Part shown: one piece after another, positions 55,109-64,000 of the stretch
How the letters are laid out: each line of letters opens with the position of its first letter
How positions within the stretch are numbered: the stretch's first letter is position 1
Source of the DNA: Candidatus Latescibacterota bacterium
GTDB taxonomy: Bacteria > Latescibacterota > UBA2968 > UBA8231
Reading direction: 5' to 3'
Length of the DNA stretch: 64,000 nucleotides
Assembly: GCA_965200315.1 (NCBI GenBank)
Contig: OZ241362.1
Coordinates: forward strand, 3,232,001 to 3,296,000
Program-made: the position numbers and the translations under genes
The notes under the pieces: generated by a model
Told to the model about the DNA's origin: nothing
Databases searched by the model: none
Seen by the model: only the letters and a program-made list of their open reading frames with translations

Positions 55109-56210
55109 CTACAACGGCTCGCTGGATGCTCTGCTGGCGTTGCCAGGATCAACGCGCTGGCGGATCTCGCCATCTTCGAGAAAGGCCACAAAGCGAGTCG
55201 CCTGTACGAAGACGGACGTGGCAAAACGCAATTCGACCAGTTGGCGGCGGCGGATTGGAGCGGAAAAAGCGAGCGCGAAACGGCCCTCAGTCGAGTCCAC
55301 AGAAACAGCAGCAGACTCACCATCAACCAGTGCTTCGATAAAGCGCAACGCGCTGGGGGCTTCGAGGGCGATGCGGTCAAAGCCGTGCGGGGCAGAGCGG
55401 GCTTGGAGAAAGTAGCTAAACTCGTGCTCAACCCCTGGTTCTACTTGGGAGGGGAAGACCTCGCCGAATAGCCCTTCGGCCAGCGGCGGCGAAAACTCCA
55501 AGGCAATATAGTCGAGCGCCGCAGCGACGAGCGGGTCATCCGATCTCAAACGTAAGTCTAGCTCTAAGTAGCGGCGCGGCGAGGGCGAGAGAAAGGCGGT
55601 GCCCGGAGCGCTGTAGGTATTGCTCCACGGGCTCCAGTCTGCACCCGGGGAGAAGCTGGTCTAGCTCAAAGACCACGCGATGGCTGTCGTTTTCCTTAAA
55701 GCGATGTTGGGTGCGGAACACCAGCACATCGTTGAACGAGGTGTTGCTCTCGTCAATTTGCGGCTCGCCCGTAGAAAGCAGCAGGTCAACAAGCGAAAAG
55801 GGCGGGGCGTCAGCGGCAAAGTGGAGGACGATGTGGGTGGCGAAGACACCGCGGCCGAGATCCAGATCTAGGAACCAAGTGTCGGGCGGGTCTTGTGGGT
55901 TGGGAGCCCAGCCGGTCGTCAAGTCGCCGTCGACGACCAAGGCAGCTTGGGACGCCTTGGAACCAGCCTCGTGGATGCCACCGCCGAAAAGGGCGATGTT
56001 GGCGACCGCATCTATGTTGCGGCGGATGGCCACCGGCTGCAAGCGGCCGTCGGGCGTGGCTTCGACGAGGCCGTGCGGGAGGGACCAAGCAGCCCAAGCG
56101 CGCACCGAGTCAAAACGAATCTCGTCGGTAAAGGCGGGTTGGAAAAGTAACAGGCCCAACAGACTAGCGAAGTGGGATGCGCGGAAAATTTTGAGCATTT
56201 CGCTTGGCAT
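55109..56210 (-). pseudogene. Fragmented paralogue of the FlgD-Ig secreted proteins
   Basis: 55536-56210 resembles the N-terminus of the 869-aa protein (DGDLTTGW, LDLGR, LLSTGE); 55109-55549 resembles its middle (LRS, PLAE, QRVDPG); no FlgD tail. Confidence 0.7.
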
Positions 56211-56290
56211 AAATGCGCCGAACCCTACGCAGATTGGGCGGGGTTGTCAATGCGTCGTACTATCTATGAGGAAACGAACTAGGGAGCGAT

Positions 56291-58582
56291 GTGATGGACT
56301 TAGAGTCCCTATCAAAACCCGAGTGTTCGCCGCCTCGGAACGCGAGCATCTCGCAGCCATTCGTGCCTTATGTGCTGCTCTTTTTGTTCTTGTTCGCGGT
56401 TGCGGACAGCTATGCCGCCTCGCTCTCCGAAAAGGAAAGCCATCAAAAAATGGTGGCCCTCCTAGAGGAGATTCGCGCACAAAATCTCGACGACAACCCC
56501 TATCAGGGCGAAGGTCCGCTACGCCAGTTAGAAGACCAGTTGCAGGCCCTGCCCGATGCGGCCCCCGTCCAAGACCGAATTCGCCTCCATTTTCGCTTGG
56601 GGCTAGCCGAACTTTTCTTGGGGCGGGAACGCCGCGCCATAGACCATCTCGCCGCGGCCGAAAAGATGCTCGCGGCCCAACACTCGGCCCCTGCTCAGGT
56701 CGTCAATGAGGTACACTTTCGCTTGGGGCTGGCGTGGCTGCGCTTGGGAGAAACCCAAAACTGCGTCCTCAACCCCAACGCCGACCACTGCATCCTGCCC
56801 ATTCGCCCCGGCGGCGTCCATACCCTCCCCGAAGGGTCGCGCCAAGCCATCCCCCATTTCCAAGCCGTGCTCGATCACACCGCCGCAGAGGAGCGCCTAC
56901 GCCTAAGTGCCCGCTGGCTGCTCAACATCGCCTATATGACCTTGGGGCAGTACCCCGAGGAGGTGCCGCCCGCTCACCGGATCCCCCCTCAAGCCTTTGC
57001 GTCCCAAGCAGCGTTCCCGCGCTGGGTCAATGTGGCCCCTGCGCTCGGACTGGACACCTTCAGCCTCTCTGGCGGAGCTGTGGCCGACGACTTCGACGGC
57101 GACGGGTATCTCGATTTCTTCGTCTCGACATCGGACTTGGCCGGACAACTGCGCTTTTTCCGCAATGGGGGGGACGGCACCTTTGCAGACCGCACCGAGG
57201 CGGCCAACCTCAACGGGCTATTGGGTGGGCTCAACTTGGTGCAAGCTGACTACGACAACGATGGCCAACTCGACCTGCTCGTTCTGCGCGGAGCTTGGTT
57301 CGGCGAGCATGGTCAGCACCCCAATTCGCTGCTGCGGAATGCGGGCGATGGCATCTTCCTCGACGCGACCTTTGCCGCCGGCTTAGGGCAAGATCACTAC
57401 CCAACCCAAACCGCCGCCTGGGCCGACTACGACCTCGACGGCGACCTCGACCTCTACATCGGCAATGAAACGACCGACACCTTTGTAGCCCCCGGCCAGC
57501 TCTTTCAAAACCAAGGCGACGGCACCTTCGCCGATGTAGCCCCCGCCGCCGGCGTCGGCCAATACGCCCATGCCAAAGCCGTGGTCTGGGGCGACTACGA
57601 CGGGGACCGCTGGCCCGATTTATACGTGTCTAACCTCGGACAGCCCAACCGACTCTATCGCAACCAAGGCGACGGCACCTTCCGGGATGTGGCCCCCACT
57701 GCCGGCGTCGTAGCCCCTCGGGCTAGCTTCCCGGCCTGGTTTTGGGACTTTGACAACGACGGCCAACTCGATTTGTTCGTCTCTGCCTACGCAGGCACGG
57801 TCGCCGACATCGCGGCCGCGTATATGGGCCACTCGGCGTCTGTGGAAAAGGCACGGCTGTATCGCGGCGATGGTCAGGGCGGCTTTGCAGACGTTTCCCA
57901 AGGCTGCCACCTCGCGCAGCCGACCAAACCCATGGGGGCTAATTTTGGCGATGTGGACGGCGATGGATTTTTGGATTTCTACTTGGGCACCGGCGACACC
58001 GACTACGCTGAGTTGATGCCCAATGTGCTGTATTGGAACCAAGCGGGGCGGCGCTTTGCCGATGTGACCTTTGCCAGCGGGTTGGGGCACCTGCAAAAGG
58101 GGCATGGGGTCGTATTGGCCGATTTAGACCACGATGGCGATCTAGACTTGTTCGAGCAGATGGGCGGGGCCTATCGCGGCGACGGGTTCGCCGATGCGCT
58201 ATATGAGAACCCGGGGTTTGGGCACGGCTGGCTAGCGATTGAGTTAGTAGGCGTAGAGTCGAATCGGTCGGGAATCGGGGCGCGGCTACGGGTAGATGTG
58301 GTGGAGGAAGGCCAGCGGCGGTCGCTGTACCGGTGGGTCGGCAGCGGCGGCAGCTTTGGCGGCAATCCGCTGCGGCAGTACGTGGGGTTGGGTTCAGCGG
58401 AGCGGGTGGCGCAGCTAGTGGTTTTTTGGCCGCAAAGCGCCCGGGAGCAGGTGTTCGCTGAAGTGCCCGTGAACGCGATCATCCGGGTCACCGAGGGACG
58501 CGACCAACTAAAGGTTTTAGCGCTGCCCGCTTTTAGGTTTAATGTCGAACAGGGAGAACGGGCCGCGCACCATCTACATTAA
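56291..58582 (+). CDS. CRTAC1-like protein (TPR-like N-terminus, FG-GAP repeats, ASPIC/UnbV)
   Basis: Repeated DxDxDGxxD motifs; SNRSGIGARL, GSGGSFG, GLG, FWP. Confidence 0.88.
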   Translation: MMDLESLSKPECSPPRNASISQPFVPYVLLFLFLFAVADSYAASLSEKESHQKMVALLEEIRAQNLDDNPYQGEGPLRQLEDQLQALPDAAPVQDRIRLHFRLGLAELFLGRERRAIDHLAAAEKMLAAQHSAPAQVVNEVHFRLGLAWLRLGETQNCVLNPNADHCILPIRPGGVHTLPEGSRQAIPHFQAVLDHTAAEERLRLSARWLLNIAYMTLGQYPEEVPPAHRIPPQAFASQAAFPRWVNVAPALGLDTFSLSGGAVADDFDGDGYLDFFVSTSDLAGQLRFFRNGGDGTFADRTEAANLNGLLGGLNLVQADYDNDGQLDLLVLRGAWFGEHGQHPNSLLRNAGDGIFLDATFAAGLGQDHYPTQTAAWADYDLDGDLDLYIGNETTDTFVAPGQLFQNQGDGTFADVAPAAGVGQYAHAKAVVWGDYDGDRWPDLYVSNLGQPNRLYRNQGDGTFRDVAPTAGVVAPRASFPAWFWDFDNDGQLDLFVSAYAGTVADIAAAYMGHSASVEKARLYRGDGQGGFADVSQGCHLAQPTKPMGANFGDVDGDGFLDFYLGTGDTDYAELMPNVLYWNQAGRRFADVTFASGLGHLQKGHGVVLADLDHDGDLDLFEQMGGAYRGDGFADALYENPGFGHGWLAIELVGVESNRSGIGARLRVDVVEEGQRRSLYRWVGSGGSFGGNPLRQYVGLGSAERVAQLVVFWPQSAREQVFAEVPVNAIIRVTEGRDQLKVLALPAFRFNVEQGERAAHHLH

Positions 58583-58747
58583 ATCCTCTGGGATCGAGGG
58601 CGTCGCACCCTCGAAAAATACAGACTGCTAAGACCACTACCACGCAACAGCCGCGCCAACCAACTCGACGGGAATTTTCAGACCGCTCTAAGGGCCGAGG
58701 CGACTGATAGCCTCCGCGAGCACCAACGCCGCCCCGCTGCCTACTCA

Positions 58748-60730
58748 CTATGGAGAATCTGCAAGTCGGGCTAATGCCTCTTGAGCGGACTGGGTTAGGC
58801 GGGGATCGCCCCGCCACTGCGCGAGGAAATGCTTGTAAGCGCGGACGGCTTGGCGGGGTTGCGCCGCCTCTTGGTAGAGAACACCAAGTGCATAATGCGC
58901 TCTGGCGTAGGTAGAATCCGCACGCAGGGCAGCTTGGTACTGGCGCTCGGCCTCGGCGTGGGCCTTCTGTTGGGCATAGAGGTGGCCCAAGTTGTAATGG
59001 GCCTCGGCAAAGTCGGGCGCTACTTCAAGTGCCTGTTGGTAGGCTGTCGTCGCCTGTTGCAGATCGTTTTTTGCCAGGTAAACATTGCCCAGATTGTTGT
59101 AGGCTTGGGCGTGAGTAGGCTCTAGGGCCAACGTGCGCTCTAAGGCGGCCTCGGCCTCCTCGATACGGCCCTGTGCGTGGTAGAGATGACCGAGCGCAAA
59201 GTAGATTTTATAGAGGGCCGAGTCCGGGGGGCTGTGCGCTAGCGCCTCTTGGCACACCCGCAGTGCCCTAGCGAGGTTGCCACGCTGGGCGTAGAGGCCG
59301 CTTAGCTGGAGGCGCGCCGCCAAATGAGTGGGAGCCAACGAGAGCAGCAAGCGATACTGGGCTTCGGCCTTTTCCCACTGCCGGAGCGCGAGGTACGCAC
59401 GTGCCAAGCGCAAGCGGGCTGCGACGTTGGCCGGGGTAGCGTCGAGCGTCTGCTGTAACTGGTCTATGTGGCTGTGGAGGCGCACGAGGCGTTCAAAGCG
59501 GTTTTGCAGGTGCTCGGCCTCGGTCGCTTGGCCGAGCGCGAGGAGAACGTTAGCTAAGTGGTAGAGTGCTTCCGAGTGCAAGGGATTGATTGCGAGCACT
59601 TGGCGCAGCATCTGGGCCGCTTCCTCGGGGCGATTCAAATCTCTGTAGAGCAGACCCAACTGACGCCAAGATTCGCCGTGCTGCGAATCCATTGCCACAG
59701 CTTCTTTTAAGATGGTTTCGGCCTTTTGGTACTGGGTTTGGCGGATGTAGTGGGCCCCCAGTTCGCTGCGGGCTTCCATCAAGTCGGGGTCAGCTTCAAT
59801 GGCTTGCAGCAGTGCTCTTTCGGCTTTGTCGTACAAGCCTTGATTGGCGTATAGCCGCGACAAAAGCTGCAAGGCCGCCGTCTGGGTCGAGTCTAGTGAG
59901 ACGGCTTTTTCGGCTAAAGCCACTGCTTCGGGGATGCGCTGCTCGCTGGCGTAGATGGCCCCCAACTTGTAGTGGGCTTCGGCGTTGGCCCGGTCCAACT
60001 CTATGGCACTTTCGTATTCGCGCACCGCTTCGGCCAATTTTTCAACGCGGGTATAGACATCGCCCAAGCGGACGTGGAGGTCGGCACTGGGCGCGATGCG
60101 GAGGGCCTCGCCGTAGGCGGTTATTGCGGCTTCAACGCGAAAATTTTCGGCGTACAGATGGCCCAAGGCCGCGTGGACTTCCCGCGCAAATGGGTCGCGG
60201 TCAACAGCCCGCGACAGGACAGCCTCCGCTTGGTCGAATGCGCGCAGATCGCGCAGGGCGCGAGCGAGATTGATGTAGAACGCGATGTCCTCTGGGGCTT
60301 GGCGCACGGCTGCTTGATACGCGGCGACGGCTTCTTCCAAGGCTCCATCCTCGTAGTGGATATTGCCCAGATTATTACTCGCCGCAGCCAAGGTGGAGTC
60401 GAGTTCAATAGCTCTTTGAAAATGGGCCGCGGCTTCGTCCAAGGCTCCGCGCCGCTGGGCCAAAAGCCCCAAGCCATCGTAGGCGAGGGCGTAGTTTGGA
60501 TCGAGGTCGAGGGCTTTGGCGTAGTTTTGCTCGGCTTCGTCGTAGCGGCCGGCTTGCGTATAGGCTACGGCCAAGTTGTAGTACGCCGGGGGTGCAGTGG
60601 GGTTTTGGCGGGTGAGGCGGAGGTGCTTTTCTAGGTCGGAGCCGGGCGCGTCGCTAACTTGGGAACAGGCCGCCCCTAGCAATAGAACGGCGAACAGGGG
60701 AGCGGTCTTCTTCAGCTTGGAGGAGGGCAT
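58748..60730 (-). CDS. TPR-repeat lipoprotein
   Basis: Lipobox LGAAC; many TPR units (YNLA, NNLGN, AHYNLG); start 60730 preferred. Confidence 0.9.
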   Translation of the reverse strand: MPSSKLKKTAPLFAVLLLGAACSQVSDAPGSDLEKHLRLTRQNPTAPPAYYNLAVAYTQAGRYDEAEQNYAKALDLDPNYALAYDGLGLLAQRRGALDEAAAHFQRAIELDSTLAAASNNLGNIHYEDGALEEAVAAYQAAVRQAPEDIAFYINLARALRDLRAFDQAEAVLSRAVDRDPFAREVHAALGHLYAENFRVEAAITAYGEALRIAPSADLHVRLGDVYTRVEKLAEAVREYESAIELDRANAEAHYKLGAIYASEQRIPEAVALAEKAVSLDSTQTAALQLLSRLYANQGLYDKAERALLQAIEADPDLMEARSELGAHYIRQTQYQKAETILKEAVAMDSQHGESWRQLGLLYRDLNRPEEAAQMLRQVLAINPLHSEALYHLANVLLALGQATEAEHLQNRFERLVRLHSHIDQLQQTLDATPANVAARLRLARAYLALRQWEKAEAQYRLLLSLAPTHLAARLQLSGLYAQRGNLARALRVCQEALAHSPPDSALYKIYFALGHLYHAQGRIEEAEAALERTLALEPTHAQAYNNLGNVYLAKNDLQQATTAYQQALEVAPDFAEAHYNLGHLYAQQKAHAEAERQYQAALRADSTYARAHYALGVLYQEAAQPRQAVRAYKHFLAQWRGDPRLTQSAQEALARLADSP

Positions 60731-60836
60731 GGCAAAACGGCCTTTCTCGGGGTTTTCCATAAGTCCCTGGATTATCCGCAGATATAATCGATAGAGTACG
60801 TTCAAGTTATTCAGATATGGCTATGGCAAGTCGGGG

Positions 60837-63404
60837 TTAGGGGTCTGGTTGAACTACGCGCAGGACCTGATTGGCCGCCATCGCTTCCATCTTTTGCAAG
60901 GTGCCGTCGGGCCAGCGGATTTCGATTGTGGCCTCGGTGGCCTCTCCTAGGCCAAAGTGGAGACGGGGGTCGCTACTCGAGAGGTAACTACCGCCTGACT
61001 GGCATTCCTTGACCTGCCGCAGCCCATCGGCCGTCACGGCGACGCGGGCGTGCTGCGAGGTGCCCCCCAACTGAATCGTCAGCCAGTGCTGCTGGTTGCC
61101 CCCGTCGTTGCGCAGGAGGTTGGGAGCGGCGGCAACATTGGTCACTAGCAGGTCTAGGTCGCCATCGTTGTCGTAGTCGGCCGTGGCCGAAGCGCGGCTT
61201 ACCGCCGCCACCGAGAGCGCGGAGCCTAGCCGAGCCGAGACATCGACAAAGCGGGTCCCCTGCTGGTTGCAGAGCATCTGATTGGGCTGCGGATAGGCAT
61301 GGTCCGGGTGTACTTGGGTGATTTTGTCCATGACGTGGCCATTGGCGACAAAGAGGTCTAAGTCGCCGTCGTTGTCGTAGTCGAAAAAATTGGTGCCAAA
61401 GCCCAGCGGTTTGTAACTGCACTCAGCCAAGCCGGCGCGTTGGGTGATGTCGTAGAATTGCCCTTGCCCATCGTTGCCGTACAAAGTGTTGGTTTCTTGG
61501 GCGAAGTTGGTCACAAAAATATCTTGCAACCCGTCGTTGTCCCAATCCCCGAACTCCACCCCCATGCCAGCTTCGGCCAAGCCGTCTTCGTTGTAGCGTC
61601 CTCCGGCGTAGAGGCCAACCTCGGCAAAGCGGTTCCCTTGGTTTTGGTAGAGAAAGTTCATCGTGCCGTCGTTGGCCACATAAATGTCGGTGTCGCCGTC
61701 AAGGTCGTAATCCGCGAAGGCCACGCCCAAGCCGCGCCCCTTGTGGACGATCCCGGTCTCCAACGTCACATCGCGGAATTGGCCGTCTTCGTTGCGGTAG
61801 AGCACATCGCCTACCGGCTCGTAGAACTTCGGTTCGCAATAGGAGCGAATGCCGCCCTCGGCGCAGACGATATTGTTCTGCGGGTCAAACTCCACGTAAT
61901 TGGTCGCGTAGAGATCCAAATCGCCGTCGAGATCGTAGTCTAGAAAGCCGCAACTAGTACCCCATCGGGCATCGGCCCCACCCACGGCGGCGGTCGCGTC
62001 GGCAAAGCGCCCATTGCCCTCGTTGCGCAACAAGAGGTTCGGGCCAACGTTGGTCACGTAGAGATCCACGTCCCCATCCGCATCGTAGTCAGCGGCCGCA
62101 CAGCCCATGCCGTAGCCGGTGTGCCCGGCCTCCGAGACAGCCGTCACATCGGTGAAGCGGTCAGCCCCGGTGTTGTGGTACAGGCGATTGGTGGGAATTG
62201 GCTCGGGGCGCTCGCCGCTCAGGGGTGCGCCGTTGACCAGATAGAGATCGAGCCAGCCATCGCCGTCAACGTCGAGGAAGGCCGCCCCAGCCCCAAAGGT
62301 TTCGACATAATAGTATTCGCCCGAAAAGCCGTTGTAGTGCGCAAAATCGAGGCCGGCCGCTTGGGTTATATCGACCAATCGAATGGGGTTGCAGCTAAGG
62401 TCGGTGGTGTCCGGCGGTGGCACTGAGCGGGCTGCGGCTTTGGGTTTTAGATCTATCAGAGGAGCGGTCACATCTGCGAGGTCGGGAGCGGCACTAAAGT
62501 GGGCATTGGGGCGGAAAGGCTGGGCAAAGGTCGCGCCAGCAAAGGTGGCTTCCTGTTGGAAGCGACTGTCGCCAAAAAACGCGGACGCACGAAAATGAGC
62601 ATTGACAAAACGGGCCGGACCGGCAAAGACGATGCGGCGGAAGGAGGCCGCAGTGGAGAAATCGGCGCGCTCGAAATGGGCTGCGCTACGGAAGTAGGCC
62701 GCAGTGAACATGGGGGCTCCCGCAAAGTGGCTTTGCGCGAACAGGGCGTCCTCGCCAAAACGAGCGCCGGCAAAGGAAACGGTCGCTTGCCACACCGCTT
62801 CTTTGAAAGAGGCCAGATCCGCAAAGGAAGCATCCTGAAAAGAGGTAGAGCGGGCGAACACAGTCTGGTCGAAGTAGGTCGCGTCCTCAAATTGAGTGCG
62901 CTCAAAGGTGGTTTCTCCGCCAAAGTTGGTCTGCTGAAAAAAGGCCGCACCGGAAAACAGGGTGGCTGAAAAATCTACTTTATCGGCAAGCACAGTCCGT
63001 TTGAAATTAGCCGTGTCCACCATGCGGCAGTCGCGGCAGGAAAATTCACTTTCGAGGCGGGTTTTGAGCAGGGAGATACCTTGTTGGAAGTGGGTGCGAA
63101 CAAAGTGCATCGGTTGCAGAAAAACGGCGCGTTCTAAAACTACGGGATTGGCAAAACGCACATCCTCAAAGGCGAGTGCCGTGTGCAGGGTGTCGCCGGT
63201 TAATTCAAGCGGCCCCTGCACCACAATGCGGTTGTATTCGAGTGCGGTGTCGGCAGGGGCTCGCTCGATGGCTGCGACGAGGTCGCGGGCGAGGATGAGC
63301 TGGTAGGCTTTGCCTTCTATGGTCACTTCGTATTGGGCTATCGAGGGCAGGGGAACTATCAGAAATAGCAAGAAAAGACGATGGACGGATGAGCAGAAGA
63401 CCAT
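60837..63404 (-). CDS. Pentapeptide-repeat domain fused to CRTAC1-like FG-GAP/ASPIC domain
   Basis: AxF/FxxAxF repeats in the N-terminal half; DxDGDxD repeats and GGSYLS...LHFGLG...IRWPDG in the C-terminal half; start uncertain (63404 or 63503). Confidence 0.8.
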   Translation of the reverse strand: MVFCSSVHRLFLLFLIVPLPSIAQYEVTIEGKAYQLILARDLVAAIERAPADTALEYNRIVVQGPLELTGDTLHTALAFEDVRFANPVVLERAVFLQPMHFVRTHFQQGISLLKTRLESEFSCRDCRMVDTANFKRTVLADKVDFSATLFSGAAFFQQTNFGGETTFERTQFEDATYFDQTVFARSTSFQDASFADLASFKEAVWQATVSFAGARFGEDALFAQSHFAGAPMFTAAYFRSAAHFERADFSTAASFRRIVFAGPARFVNAHFRASAFFGDSRFQQEATFAGATFAQPFRPNAHFSAAPDLADVTAPLIDLKPKAAARSVPPPDTTDLSCNPIRLVDITQAAGLDFAHYNGFSGEYYYVETFGAGAAFLDVDGDGWLDLYLVNGAPLSGERPEPIPTNRLYHNTGADRFTDVTAVSEAGHTGYGMGCAAADYDADGDVDLYVTNVGPNLLLRNEGNGRFADATAAVGGADARWGTSCGFLDYDLDGDLDLYATNYVEFDPQNNIVCAEGGIRSYCEPKFYEPVGDVLYRNEDGQFRDVTLETGIVHKGRGLGVAFADYDLDGDTDIYVANDGTMNFLYQNQGNRFAEVGLYAGGRYNEDGLAEAGMGVEFGDWDNDGLQDIFVTNFAQETNTLYGNDGQGQFYDITQRAGLAECSYKPLGFGTNFFDYDNDGDLDLFVANGHVMDKITQVHPDHAYPQPNQMLCNQQGTRFVDVSARLGSALSVAAVSRASATADYDNDGDLDLLVTNVAAAPNLLRNDGGNQQHWLTIQLGGTSQHARVAVTADGLRQVKECQSGGSYLSSSDPRLHFGLGEATEATIEIRWPDGTLQKMEAMAANQVLRVVQPDP

Positions 63405-63533
63405 GATTTGCGACAGCTTGGGACTTTGGCTTTTTGAAGGGGTCCATAATATCCAATACAAGCGTGGGGCGGCAAGGCGCAACCGCTTGACATAGGGGTA
63501 CATGCCTACTTTTTCAAGCGGAATAACAAGCTA

Positions 63534-63768
63534 CTACACCCGCTCGGCTTGGGGTTCGGCCAGCCCGTGGGTGTGATCCCACAAATGCCCCCGTCGCTTC
63601 TGGCCCTCTAGAGTCGTTTCAAAGTACACTCCCCGAACCGGCTCATGCACTAACGTCATATCGTGATGATGCCCCATGCCCGTGGCAAGACAGTCGCCCG
63701 GCTTCATTTCGTATGTGTTCCAACTCACACCAATCGGGGTACTGATCCTCACTTTTGAACATCGGCAT
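63534..63768 (-). pseudogene. Cupin-domain gene with internal deletion/frameshift
   Basis: AGGAG RBS then MPMFKSEDQYPDWCELEH; other frame YEMKPGDCLATGMGHHHD...; first cupin motif absent. Confidence 0.55.
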
Positions 63769-64000
63769 AACATTTCTCCTTTCTATCAGTTTTTGAAAAG
63801 TTTTAGAATGGCGCTTGACCGCCTCGCGAAGCAGCTCGGCATCCTGAACACATGAATGGAGACGATCAGCCAGTCGAAAATTGGACTTGTATGCGCGTCT
63901 TGGTAGGGCCATCCATTAGTGCGGCTAGTGCGGCGCAAGAACTCCTCCAGCAGCCGCGCCCGCCGAATCAGCGATTACATGTTCGTCAGCCAGCGCCCTT

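Noticed and set aside
58583-58747. Hairpin tcgaggg/ccctcga and IS-end-like ttttcagaccgctctaag
   Set aside because: Compatible with an ordinary terminator region between convergent genes; no partner end found.
1-64000. CRISPR array, rRNA or tRNA genes
   Set aside because: No regularly spaced repeat-spacer array or recognisable stable-RNA sequence found by eye.
63774-64000. Possible gene end at the right window edge
   Set aside because: All three minus-strand frames contain stops and none shows an identifiable motif.

Overview
High-GC bacterial window. The six PhyH-type Fe/2OG dioxygenases, FlgD-Ig secreted proteins, FG-GAP/ASPIC (CRTAC1-like) proteins and TPR proteins resemble Latescibacterota/Gemmatimonadota-like, possibly sponge-associated lineages; this is inference only. 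polA is the only clear core gene. It sits among catabolic and accessory enzymes and several lower-GC inserts. Most notable: (1) The 3' end of polA is duplicated (37 bp, 36/37 identical) around a Zn-ribbon DNA amino-methyltransferase, and the following GIY-YIG nuclease gene ends in the same GCACTGAG stop context as polA, which looks like serial integrase-free cassette capture. (2) A complete 3.2-kb IS1-family element (perfect 23-bp IRs, 8-bp TSD) carries a ClpP-fold serine protease, two small proteins, a lipoprotein and structured RNA-like hairpins. (3) A GmrSD-like nuclease lies upstream of a TcmP/DUF5131 pair. (4) There is an unannotated coupled two-membrane-protein cassette. (5) One PhyH-like enzyme has HxG in place of HxD. 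(6) Several genes carry internal deletions or are in-frame chimeras. No rRNA, tRNA or CRISPR array was seen. All family assignments come from motif recognition by eye; no database search was run.
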